From the NCBI GenBank assembly GCA_964252035.1, contig OZ176201.1: a stretch of 64,000 bases of DNA. One strand, 5' to 3'. This document shows positions 12,699 to 24,149 of this stretch, in pieces; position 1 is the first letter of the stretch, and each line of letters begins with the position of its first letter. The position numbers were made by a program, and so were the translations under genes. This stretch comes from Podarcis erhardii (Eukaryota). The notes below the pieces were generated by a model. The model made no database searches. It was not told the origin of the DNA and saw only the letters and a list, made by a program, of their open reading frames with translations.

Positions 12699-15600
12699 TC
12701 AAATATTCATAGCGTGGAGGAGCAGGACCTTTTCAATGGTTGCCCCTGGGTTGTGAAATACCCTAATTTGGCCTCATTTCTTCCTTCCCCAGGATAAGCA
12801 GGTGCAAACATTTTTATTCCACCATGCTTTTGAGAGCAGTACCTTTGTTAAATGAAACGGAGAGCTGATGAAGTACTGTTTTGATCTGTTTTACTGACCC
12901 ACAGAATGCATTTTTGTTGCTGCCATGTTTTATGCTACAAACCATTTGTAAACAATTGTTAAATAACAGCTCACAAGTGTCACAAATAAACACACTTTTG
13001 CTAGCCCTGTTCCTATAGGTGTTACATCTAATGCATCTGAACGCTGTCTAAGGGACATTGATTATGCATTTATTTTGTGGAGGAAATCATTGGGCCCGAC
13101 ATCAGAAAGCTTTTTCCTTCTCACTGGAAATGCTGCCGTTCAGAATTTGCATAGCTGTCTCCAAACCACTTTACAAGCGATTACTGCAGAGCTTCAGTCC
13201 CTTCCTGCAAAATCATGACTTGAGTATCACAGTGGGAAGTTTCAAGAAATGTGAGTTACTTAGCTTACTAAGACTGCAGTCCTTCCCTGCATACACAGTG
13301 GACTTGAACCCTCTTGTAGTCAGTGGCATTTGCCTCCAATTAGACATGCAGAGGATCAGGTTGCAAGTCAAGGAAGCTGCATGAACGCTGAGTTGCTGAT
13401 AACGGAAGCTTCATCCTTAACAAAGATTATGTTTTCTTATGGAGCCATTATTTATGAAGATGGCTACCACCCCTGCCTTAACTATCCATTAAATATATCG
13501 GGGTTGATCTTTCCCCCTTTTGCATATCTTTGTTTTTGACTCAAATGGAAATAAAGGCAGGCCTGTAATGAATCTGTCAAGGAAATCAAAGATGTTTGTG
13601 CTTCTAAATGAAATGTGGTGATATAAAAGTCTGTAAGTTATAAAGGGAACTATCCTTGGACAATTAAGTGATTTGCCGTGTGTGTGTAAACAGGAGAGCA
13701 TTTGTGCTGTGAAATAAATGCTTTCATACTTCTCTGGAATTAGGGTTATGGTGACATACATCTATTTGTAACTCTATTCTATCCTTCTTATGACAAACAT
13801 GTTTCTTATCGCTAAAATTGTGAATGCACAGTCCAGCTCTGTTTAGTAGCGTGAGGCAATATGAAAGAAGGCTTTGGACTTCTTGAAACCAGAGGCACAG
13901 ACTGGGAACCAAATGATGTCAGCAAGCCACTTTCCCAAGCCACAAGGGGAAAGCAAAGAAACTCCCTAGAGGCATGAGTCAGGTTATAGGTAAAAACCAA
14001 TCCCACTTCCAAATTTGGCAAGCAGGGGAACTGGGTTCATATTCTGGAGTCAGAGCCACCAGGCAAAATGCTCTTCCACCTCAGCATCACAAGACTTGAC
14101 TCACAGACATCATCTCTGGCTGTGGCCATCTCAGGTATTTCCAGGTAGGGCGTAATTTGAGATGAACATCATGTCTGGAACTTGTTTTTCAGAATTAAGT
14201 GTTTTATTCTAAGAGTTCAAGGACTACTAGAGCACATCTATCTGATCCCGACAATTACAGCATAGTCCGGTGCATATGTCATCAGTAAAAACATTTTGAA
14301 TGGACAAGAACAGGTTAAATTCAACAAAAGAGATAGGTCCCATAAAACAGTAAGAGCTCGACACACCTCTTGGGGAAGGAACAGCTCCCTAAATCAAAAC
14401 AGCTTAACTGTCAAAGGTTGGGGTAAAGAGATGCGTCTTCAGTTTATTGACCCACATCCGGCCTATCACTGCCTCCATGCACCAGTTTAGCACTTTTATC
14501 ACCTCTCCTGATTCAGACAGAACAGAGAGATGGAGCTGGGTGTCATTTGCTTATTGGTGACACCTCAGTCCAAATTTCCTGGTGATAGTTCTCAGCAGTT
14601 TCAGATTCATATTCAATAGCACAGGGGACAAAATGGTGATGAATAATGGCTCCCATATACCTTATGTGCATAGCCTACGTAGTCTGGGACTCACTGGAAA
14701 GATTTCAGTGTTGTGCTCTTCTGATCATTCATCCCCCCCATACAATATTCTGGAGTCTTGCCTGACTCCCTAGACTTAATTGGGTGGGGGACAAGAAGAG
14801 GAGGAGGAAAGCCCCATTGCACTAGAGGGAGCCCTTGTGTTGCCTTCCGCCTGGATTAGTCAAATCTGGGCTTCTGTTTCAAATTTGCAATACCTGTGTG
14901 ATTTATTTTTTGTTGTGTTTGTGTTGCTTTTATATATTACTTTGTAATTAAATCATTTTAATATATTCTAACAGGATGACAAGAAAACTTGCCATATATA
15001 TTACAGAATGGCACAAGAATGCAACAAATAAGAAATACTTGCTCCTGATTATTCACCATCTACGTTCCACAATTACTTTCAGTATTTCATAAGTATGAAA
15101 ATAAAATCGATAGCCATCCTCTGGGCTCTCTGTTGTTTTCCCAGAACCTAACTGAAAATACCATGTTATTAGCTGGATGTTTCTCTTTTTAACTTGTCTG
15201 GAGCCTGTTTTCAGTGCCAGTCTACAGCCCAGAAAAATGCAGAGCAAAAACCAATAAGAGAGCCTTTTACTGCATACAGGATTAATTTCTCCCTGTGCTG
15301 ATTAACACAACCCTATTGAGCGGAGATAAGCATTTTCATTGCCTGAGCCACAACATACCTATCTTTTTAGGTGGGGAGCAGGGGAGGATCACATAACCAA
15401 ATTAGCATAAGAGTGAGAAAATTCTCTGCTATGGATTACAGGGTTTAGTATTGGGCAACCCATCTCTGCAGAGCCTGTGTCAGGCAGCTCTCAGTCCCTG
15501 GCAGGGAGCTGGATCCATTCCTACTTTGTCTTGCTGTGACAGAGTTGCTTTCATGTAGCTAAATCAGGCTACCACTCTCAACAGAACTGGAAGAGACAGG

Positions 15601-16906
15601 AAGATTCCCATCTAGCAAACAATACCAGCAGATGGAATAAGTAACACATTAAAGCAAATATCATAAATCGAAGCCCATAAATCATGTGCAGGAGAGGAGG
15701 TTCCCACAGAGGAGAGGAAAAACAATCTGCCCTAGGTTGCAAAGGACAGTGAAAACACTGTTGAATGTAGACGGTGTTTCTTTGTCACTGGAATAGGTGG
15801 CCTTCTAAAAAACCCAACTTTGGGACGGTTTTTACCAGCATGTTTTTCCTGCTCTGCTAGTCTCAATGAAAACATCTCACGCTGAAGATCATCAGCCCCC
15901 CTTCATGAGGGGCTGAGGCCAGGATACAGGGAGTCCCCGAAAGAAGGCATTGTGGAAAATAGGCTGGAATGTACTAGCTGAAAAGTGCAAGAGAGACCTT
16001 GCAGAGCAGGGCAGATGGGCTTCAGCCTTGCAGGCTCTACCACAGTGGCTCACATGAGCAGGACCGGCCCACACATGAGGCAAACTGAGCCAACTGCCTC
16101 AGGCAGTAGAATCTGCGAGGGTAGCAGCTCCTGATGTGGGATCTTTATGCCCTGCCTTGTTCCCAATGTAGATCTTCATTCACCCCTTCTTCCTTGTTGG
16201 GGGGCATTTTGGGGTTCGCCTCAGTTGCCAAAATGTCTTGGGCTGGGCCTGCACATGAGGCTGGAAATACTCTTAGAAAGAGCAGGATGTCTTTGAGCAC
16301 ACGGTCCACTCATTTTCAGTGTCAGAACCGATCCTAACATACCTGTTATTGGCAGTTATCCAACCTGGCGTAAAAGAGGTTGGGAATGCCAGACAAAATA
16401 CTTGGGGTAAAAGCATAAGAAGTCCATTGGCCTATCAGCTTTCCAGTGTCTTGGGCAGGGGAAGTGACTTGTGACTCTTTCACCAGATTCTGTACCCTCT
16501 CTAACTTTTGGTCCTTCCTGAGCTGCCCAGGGACCTGTGCATGGAAGCAAAGAGCAGGAAATAAAGGATTGTGTTTGTTTGGTCAATGCAAGTTATATGC
16601 TGTTTGTTATATGGCATGATCTCCCCTCTCCTGCTCCTGAGTGATGCTATGGAGTTTCTCCCCAAACCAAAAACCCATAAACTTGGAGTCATGCAGGGGG
16701 AGCAGAGGTGGAAAATCCCCTTTCCAGGGGTCAGCAAACTTTTTCAGCAGGGGGCCTGTCCACTGTCCCTCAGACCTTGGAGAGGGGCTGACTATATTTA
16801 GAAAAATATAAATACCCTGCAAGCCGGTCCCACAGCTGCCTCCAGACCTGGAGGAGGAATGCACTCCGCATGTGCTCAGGAGCGCGCCTTGGTGCCGCCC
16901 ACTCAC

Positions 16907-17234
16907 TGGCATTGTTGACAAGCAGCAGCCATTCCATCGGCCCGTTCCTGCAGAGCTCCCAGGTGGCATGCACCATGCACTGCAGCCCATTGGCTGAGGC
17001 CAGATCAGCAGGCAGGCCATGCACACATAGCGCTGGGCAGGTAGCATGCAGCTTGCCCTCCAGCTGCTCCAGCAAGGCCCTCAAGCATGCCACCAGCAGC
17101 AGCTCTGAGCCAGGCACCAGGCGCGGGGCCAGCAGGCTCACCAAGCTCTGGCTGAAGCCCCGCGACACGCCTGTCACGATGCCCATGGAGCGGCCCAGAC
17201 CACCCACCACCCACCCGCCAGCCTCTCCATCCAT
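16907..17234 (-). pseudogene. SPR: Sepiapterin reductase exon 1 duplicate (109 codons + 1 nt, intact GTGAGT donor), probable pseudogene fragment
   Basis: MDGEAGGWVVGGLGRSMGIVTGVSRGFSQSLVSLLAPRLVPGSELLLVA...LPADLASANGLQ...EWLLLVNNA aligns to recalled human SPR [39 protein letters not shown]...VPADLGAEAGLQ...QRLLLINNA; the donor falls at the SPR exon 1 boundary; exons 2-3 not found. Confidence 0.88.
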
Positions 17235-17384
17235 GGCCACACTCGGTTTACCTCAGCGCAGCCAATCCGAAGCCGTGAAGCATTGCGGAAGTCAGTCCCC
17301 GCGTGGTGAAGCATCCGCGGCTTCTTTTCAAGGAAACGCCACACCGCACCAGTTTAGCTCAGCGGGGACTGACTGAGTGGGTGG
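17235..17384 (-). promoter_or_regulatory. Captured SPR-like proximal promoter / 5' UTR
   Basis: CpG-rich remnant directly upstream of the ATG with CCAAT (17262-17266) and ETS CGGAAGT (17286-17292); strong Kozak GCCATGG. Confidence 0.5.
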
Positions 17385-17820
17385 CAGGGTCCACGGGCTG
17401 GATTTATGAGCCTGGTGGGCCATATCCGGCCCCTGGGCCATAGTTTGCCAAGCCCTGTGCTAGTAGGACGGTTCCTGCTAGCCCAACTATTTAGTTGAAT
17501 CCCGCTCTGTGGCTCATCGTAAAGTATCTGTAAAACTAAATCCAAAATACCATGTAAAATTAAGAACCCTTGAAAGTATGGTGTGCTTTGAAAATATTTC
17601 CGGTTAGTCAATGGAAATCTGAGGCACTGACAGGACTGAATTAACTTGGACCTAGAATACAGGCATTTTCCATTCTAGGTCTATTTTGCTATGAATTAAG
17701 GTGCTTCCCTTGATGTAAGTAGCAGAAGTGTGTGGAATGCTGCACGTACTGGCTTCAGATATTCCTCCGCCTGAACAAAGTTTTCCAAATGGATCTTTGC
17801 TCATAACTATGGTGAGGATT

Positions 17821-17833
17821 AATAATAATAATA

Positions 17834-17864
<31 letters not shown>
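17821..17864. repeat. Compound (AAT)n(GAT)n microsatellite
   Basis: Directly visible. Confidence 0.95.
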
Positions 17865-17865
<1 letters not shown>

Positions 17866-19099
17866 AAATTGGGTAAGTTCAGTCTCTCATAACAGCTAGG
17901 TCTTCGGGTGCTGCACACACACCTCTGCCTGAGCTAAAAAGGCAAGTATAATAAAACCAGTGGGAACAGCATTCATAAAACTCTCCAAATACCCAAGGCA
18001 TATTTACCTTGGAATAAGCATAGCTGACCTCAGTAGAACTTAGTTCAAAGCAAGCTTGTATAGAGAGCGGAGCAGATTTATAAAAATCCAGGTGATAAAT
18101 GCATTAACAAATGGAAGCCAAACTGAGAACTGATGGGAATCATTGACAGCAAATGTTGCGCAATGTGATACAGTACTTTGCTCTGTATAAAGTATGTATG
18201 TGTGTGTGTCTGTCAGCTCAGACCCTGCATGTTTTGATCATGCCCACAGCCAGCCAAGCTTACTGGTATGTGACATTTCCCTGCCTCAAGGCCAAAAACA
18301 TTGCCGCAGCTGGAACAAAATAAAAGGTTGCCACCCTTTTCTTTCTTCCCAACACCTTGTGTTAGCAACAGCCTAATCTGCAGAAATGGAGCCTTAGTGA
18401 CAGGAAAAGCTACAGCCACAAGTCAGCTGTATTGATTGCTGTTAAGCACAGGAGGAACATTGAAATAAATGATCTATGGAATACTACTGTTCACTATTAG
18501 TTCATTCACCTCTTCAGTTTATATCCTTCCATCCACTGAGTTGCACACTATAAAACCATACAATAAAATTTTAAATAGCTAAAACATCAGCTAAGATGCA
18601 GCAAATAGCAATAAAATGACAATATTGCAGCAGCTCAGTGGAGTATTTCCTTTGCTCCATGCAAAAACTTGGGCATTAATATATGTTTTAAGGCAGCACC
18701 AATTAACAAATAATTCTCTGCCTGGTTTTCTTAGTCAATGATGTGGTAAGCTGAAATAATTTTCATGCATTATTAGAAGACTGTTCCATGGGGCTGATTT
18801 GGTTTGCAAAAGGCACCTAACTAGGCAAAAAGCAGTGGCAGATTTGGGAGTCTCAAATTTCAATGGCTTTCCTGTGTGATGCCAAAATTCATTCTCCCGC
18901 CCTGCCCCCCCCACCTCTTATGCTCCGTTCTAAATCACCCATTCCAGTGCCCTGAGAATCCATGCCCAGTGCGACCAAACCAGTCGCTCTCCCCTAAATA
19001 TGCCTCTGCAAACAGCACAATACAGTCGCTCTAAAAAGCAGGGGACATGAAGTGGTGCCAATGTGAAGTGCCTCCCCCAACCCTCAGTGGCACATGGTA

Positions 19100-19800
19100 A
19101 CTGGTAATAACGGTCCTGCCAAAGGTTTGTCTAGTCCAGCATAATGTTTCCTGCTTGCTTCCAACTAGATGGCTCTTAGGAAGGATATGGGCAGGGCATG
19201 AGGGTGACTGATGTTCAGAGGGCATGGTTCCTCTGATCCTGGAAGGAAAGTAGAGCCCTATGACTAATAGCCATGGATAGCCTTATCCTCCATCCCAGGG
19301 GGCGTGTCGCGTGTCCTGGGGGCGTGGTGCACGTCCCAGGGGTGTGCGGCCGAATGGGGGGTCGGCATTTTGTCACCCCTCCTTTGGAATGGCACCTGGA
19401 CCACCCCCCGCCCCCACCTCGGAACGCCCCTGATTGCCACATCTTGAGAAAGCAAATTCCATAGTTTTAACCGTGTGTTCTATTAAGTAGTTCTTTCTTT
19501 TGTCTGTTCTTAATCTCCCACCTTCATTGGATGACCCTAGATTCTAAACATTATGGAAGCTGCAGAAAATGTCTCTTATCAGCTGTGGTTCTAAACAGAC
19601 TTGCCTGGGAGTAAATCACATAGAACTCAATGGGGCTGGCTTCTAAGTAGATGTGTATAGGGTGGGTGGCCTTGTTAGTTTCTATCCACTTTCTCCACAC
19701 TACACATGATTTTATACAACTCTAGCATGTCTCCTTTATTCACTTTTTCCCCTAAACCAAGTAGCCCCAAATGTTGCAAGTTTTCCTTGTGACAGAGCTG
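19100..19800 (-). mobile_element. CR1 LINE 3' region, interrupted by nested inserts
   Basis: gtctagtccagcat, gccatggatagccttatcctccat, caaattccatagttttaac, ttctccacact..catgattttatacaac are reverse CR1 3' hallmarks. Confidence 0.7.
19296..19432. mobile_element. CpG-rich hAT-like MITE nested in CR1
   Basis: Ends CAGGGGGCGT / ACGCCCCTG; internal ttttgtcacccct motif. Confidence 0.65.
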
Positions 19801-19809
19801 TGGCACAAA

Positions 19810-19814
<5 letters not shown>

Positions 19815-19857
<43 letters not shown>

Positions 19858-19922
19858 TTGTTATTTATACCACTCTGGGCAGCTCCCAATAGAATATTAA
19901 AAACACGATAAAACATCAAACA
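19815..19922 (-). mobile_element. L2 3' tail with (AAT)n microsatellite
   Basis: (AAT)n then ttatttataccactctgggcagctcccaatagaatattaaaaacacgataaaacatcaaacat, the reverse of the L2 end seen at 43300-43385. Confidence 0.8.
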
Positions 19923-19959
19923 TCATCACATAGGGACAACCATCATGGAAAGTCATTTA

Positions 19960-20105
19960 GGCTGCATACATTTAAAGTCAACCCCCCCCCCCCAAGAATC
20001 CTAGGAACTGTAGTTTACAGTTCCCAACACCCATAGCAAACTACAATTCCCAGGATTCTTTGGAGAGGGGACAATATGCTTTAAATGTATGGTGTGGTAA
20101 ACAGC
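19960..20105. mobile_element. Palindromic non-autonomous DNA element (related copy at 35445-35590)
   Basis: catttaaag..caagaatcctaggaactgtagttt / aaactacaattcccaggattctttgg..ctttaaatg inverted arms. Confidence 0.7.
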
Positions 20106-21004
20106 CATTTTGCATTCACCATACTTTATGCTTGCTAATGAGTGATTCTCCACTGAATGGCCAAAAAGGTGGTGGTGGTGGGAATCAACCATGAGTTCCC
20201 TGGAAAGGACCTCAGAATGAGACGTTAATTGCTAGCTGGCACTAGATTATGGGTTATATTCTCTTTCACAAGCAGCCCTCCGTCGCTCAAAGCCAGAAGA
20301 TGGGACAATAAGTGCAGCCAGTGAGCAATTCTCATCACAACAACTGACCTAAATACTTTCCCAAACAATATTGTCTTTTCAGAACAAATGAATTGAAAAC
20401 TGGGGGGGGGGGGCCTCTCCCACTGTTGTTCCCCAACAACTGGTCCATTCTCACAAATCCAAATGCACTTTAGAGCTCTTTTAATCAGTAAGACTTTTTA
20501 AAAAACCTGGCTATCAACCATGTAGTTATTTATAATAGTGTTTTCCTCCCATCCTCCTCAGTAGAGTTGCCCCTTTTCTGGAACTGCTCCTGTATTTTTA
20601 AACAATGGCCTGGAGGGAATTCATATGGGGAAGCTTTTCCCAGCCCTCCCTGTGTCTCTGTGTCAGGAAAAGCTTCCCCACCATGAATTTCCTCCAGTTC
20701 TGCAGCCTGACCAGACACTGGCAGACGCCTTAACTGGAAGAACACAATGCCCACAGAATAAACAGGCTAGCAGCTAAGGGCTTGCAGTCCTCATTTGTGC
20801 TCACAGGACCTCCTCATTGGCATAATTGCCTATGGTTTGTCAATTATGTAAATGGGCTTCTTTTGATGTATCTCTCAGTTCCAGGAATGTAATGAGGACT
20901 GAAAGGAGTCAGCGATTAGGCCATCTGCAGTGTACAGAGCAAGAGAAACAGAGGAAATACAGGAAACATGCTGTAATAATACAGGGGAACTCCTTCAAGG
21001 GTAG

Positions 21005-21175
21005 TGGATGTACAAGGAAGCTTAGTGGTAGAGTACCTGCTTTTCATGCAAAGGGTCCAAGGTTCAATTTCTGGCATTTCCACCCATGACTAGGAAAGTC
21101 CCTTGCCTGCAAACCTGGGGAGCCGCTTCTAGCCAGTGTGGACAATACTGAGCTAGATGAACCAATATGGTGAGA
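21005..21175 (+). mobile_element. tRNA-derived SINE with CR1-like 3' part
   Basis: A-box-like gcttagtggtagag, B-box-like ggttcaatttc, then gccagtgtggacaatactgagctagatgaaccaat; related minus-strand copies at 46445-46625 and 48430-48530. Confidence 0.7.
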
Positions 21176-21229
21176 TAGAAACTGGAATCTGAAGGATCCC
21201 CTCCTCCCATATATACCTACACAGACCCT

Positions 21230-21590
21230 TACACCATATTCAAAGGCCCTTCTCCAGGTGCCACCACCCATGAGGTGCAATGGGCGAGTACTCAAGAGAG
21301 GGCCTTTTTGATGGTGACGCTCTGGTTGTGGAACCCTCATCAGAGAGGCACATCTGGAACTCATGTCACCATGTCAAGACTTCACTTTCCCAGATATTTA
21401 AAATCCTTAAGATCGCTTAGTACTTTTGAACACTGTTTTATATGGTTTGCAGATTCCAGCTCTACTTTTTACCGTGATCATTTGTTTTTGTTGGTTTCTT
21501 TTTTAAAAACATTAGTGGCTTTTAAATTGTATTGTTCAGCCACCGCAAAATGTTAGTTATTAGGTGGTGTACAAATCTTAAAAATAAATG
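21230..21590 (+). mobile_element. L2 3' end
   Basis: gagagggcctttttgatggtgacgctctggttgtggaac followed by T-rich tail ending tacaaatcttaaaaataaat. Confidence 0.6.
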
Positions 21591-23560
21591 AAAGGTGTCT
21601 GAAAGTAGTAGATGGGGCCATTTGTGGTCTGCTTCAGGCAGCAAAACACATAGGGCTGAGGCTGGTTTGCCACTGTTATATCCCCTTTGACAGCGAGGCC
21701 TAGTTTCCACTGAATTGATGAGCCAGTGTCTGGACTGTACCATTTCAGACTGCAGGTGGAGTGGCGTGTGGTGACATGTGACTGACTGCTGCTCCTCAGT
21801 ACAAGCGTAACACTACTAAACCTTAGGTTACGTAAATACAGTCCTGGTAACAACACACACAATGTAACAGGCTGTTTTTGACTATGTAACTTCTATTTCA
21901 GACACAATTCAACATATAATATCTCACAAAGTGTAATTCCATAGACCAACACATCATGCAAACAGAACATATCAAGAGAAATGAAAGTCCAATGGATGGT
22001 CAGGAGATAAAGTCCATTCGGTTCCTAAATTGGCATATTGGCAATAACCACAATATGGTATGCTTATCTTATGATGTTCCACATATCGCTGCTTTGAGGA
22101 TTCTAATGTTCCTTGTATGTAGATATCGGATCAGATGGGAAACTTGAAGGTACGGCACAACAAGGATTCTGGGATAATACCGGTACCTTGCTTCACCCAA
22201 CCGGGCTTCGCTAGCCGTGCATACTCATATTCTTGTATGACGGAAACATGGAACAAAATAAATTCAGTTCCTCAGCACAAAACAATTCCCTCCGTGTCTC
22301 AAGCATGACAGCCAAGCCTCAGCTTTTACCAACACAGAGAGCTCTCAGGTTTGGAGACAGACCCATTTACTGCAGCATGAGCTTTGTGCAGCTAAAGAAG
22401 GAAGCTCTTGCTCAAGAAAGTTTGTGCTGCAATAAACTAGCACTTGTGGCGCCACAGGACACAGAACAAATGCCGTTCTCGGTAATTTATTTCGGGAAGC
22501 AACAGAACTAGTGTGTCTGTTGCATTTCAGGGGTGGTATATACCCAGCTATTCCCTTCACCCCATAGCAATGCCTTATCATTTCAAAAACTCAGAAGCGG
22601 GAGTTGTAGTAAGGTGTAATGATAGAGTTAAACATTGCCTCCAATTATTATGGGTTTGGCTAAGACTCCACCCCTTATTTGTTCTTGAAGTTACTTTCAT
22701 TTTTCTATGCAGCTGTGGTTTAACCCATTCTTCAAAAACAACCTGTTGTTCTGGGCCAGGTTGTGGGGCTGTGGATATCAAAGCAAAAAAATATCTAACT
22801 AGAAGTGACCCTTAGACAACAGAGAGACAAGAAAGGGGTCTGCTTGGAACACTGCAAGAGTTGATAAGATGCTCAGTACATCAATGACGGTTTAAGGCTC
22901 AATGAGTTTGATTGAGGAATAATAAGTAAAGAAGGAGTAATAACTGATAAGGGGGGGGGAGGAAGAGGGAAGAGGAACAGGGGGAGAAAACAGAGATGTG
23001 GAAAAAGGGAGGAATTGTGGCGAGGAAGGATTAGGAGAAAGAGCTGGCACAGGTTGGTTGTTTCTTGCCACACCAGCTCTCTGTGTTCGCAGAGCAGCTG
23101 CTGCATCTCTCTGCGGTTTTGATGGTTCGACTTCCTCTACTTAGCAGGGTCAGTCCAGGCCAGCTCTGCAAGAGATGCTGTGTTCCCCAGAAAGATACAA
23201 GGGGCTCACTGTAAAAGCTGGCTTTTACAGAGGAAAAAAACTGTTCTGTTTTTTTAATAATAATTAATAAATAAATAAATTTGGCACTCTTTCCTCTGGA
23301 GCAGAAGATGCTTTACCCTGAAAAAAGTAAATGAAAAAAATAAATAGATAACGAAATTGAAATGAATGATGAGTACCAATTGCACTGATTCAAATTTAAA
23401 GCTCCAGATTTTGAATTGGGTGTGATGCTGTGGTAGACACTGCTCCTCAGGACTGTTAGGACAGAAGGCAGAGAGTCCCAGCAGTAGGTGCAGCCAGGGC
23501 CAGTGAGAGGCAGAACAAATGCTAGTTTTGCCCTCATCCTTCTCCTCCCTGGATCACTTT

Positions 23561-23810
23561 GGAGAGCCAGTGTGGTGTAGTGGTTAAGAGCGGTAGACTT
23601 GTAATCTGGTGAACTGGGTTCGCGTTTCCGCTCCTGCACATGCAGCTGCTGGGTGACCTTGGGCTGGTCACACTTCTCTGAAGTCTCTCAGCCTCACTCC
23701 CTTCACAGAGTGTTTGTTGTGGGGAAGGAAGGGAAAGGAGAATGTTAGCCGCTTTGAGACTCCTTCGGGTAGCGATAAAGCGGGATATCAAATCCAAACT
23801 CTTCTTCTTT
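23561..23810 (+). mobile_element. Young tRNA-derived SINE with (TCT)n tail
   Basis: A box TGGTGTAGTGG, B-box-like GGTTCGCGTTTCC, body ..cacagagtgtttgttgtgggg..gttagccgctttgagactcc, tail caaactcttcttcttt; CpGs largely retained. Confidence 0.85.
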
Positions 23811-24149
23811 CAGAAATGTAATTCCCCATCTGCAAAGGTATGGTCAGTTCTAGGCCTCACATTCTGCTTTCTGCATGAGCAGAACCTTCTTCAACTCAGA
23901 AGGCCTTCCTAGAGGTACACAAGCACAAACACTTCCTAGGACACAGCAAGCCAGTCAGTGGAACAAATATGGACAACTAGGATCTCCAAGCAGTGACAGA
24001 GAAGAGCTCACCCAGGCAATATTTGCAGCCCCTAAAAATTTGGTTGCAATGCCTTGGCTGCCCAATAAATTTAACTTAAAAAACAACAACGGAACAGCTT
24101 TTCTTATAAAATGTTTTAAAACTAGGTATCAATGAAATATGTCTTATTT

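Larger units (their letters stand above)
16725..17457. mobile_element. Non-autonomous hAT-type element carrying a captured host gene fragment (Pack-TIR-like)
   Basis: Left end CAGGGGTCAGCAAACT plus about 85 bp of a recalled lizard hAT MITE arm; right arm about 17385-17457 ending AGTTTGCCAAGCCCTG (13/16 inverted match); 8-bp flanks cccctttc / tgctagta do not match. Confidence 0.7.

Noticed and set aside
14164-14175. Minus-strand GAC ATG ATG TTC (DMMF) as a possible SPR exon 2 remnant
   Set aside because: Flanking translation does not match KAAR or QVLA and has stops; likely chance.
16770-17240. 156-aa ORF as a complete functional SPR or novel gene
   Set aside because: SPR similarity stops exactly at the donor (16906); the rest is intron and transposon arm read-through. 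No catalytic YxxxK exon or GPLDTDM exon was found.
23561-23640. tRNA-like sequences here and at 21005, 39868, 44613
   Set aside because: They lack a full cloverleaf and run into SINE bodies and tails; SINE heads, not tRNA genes.
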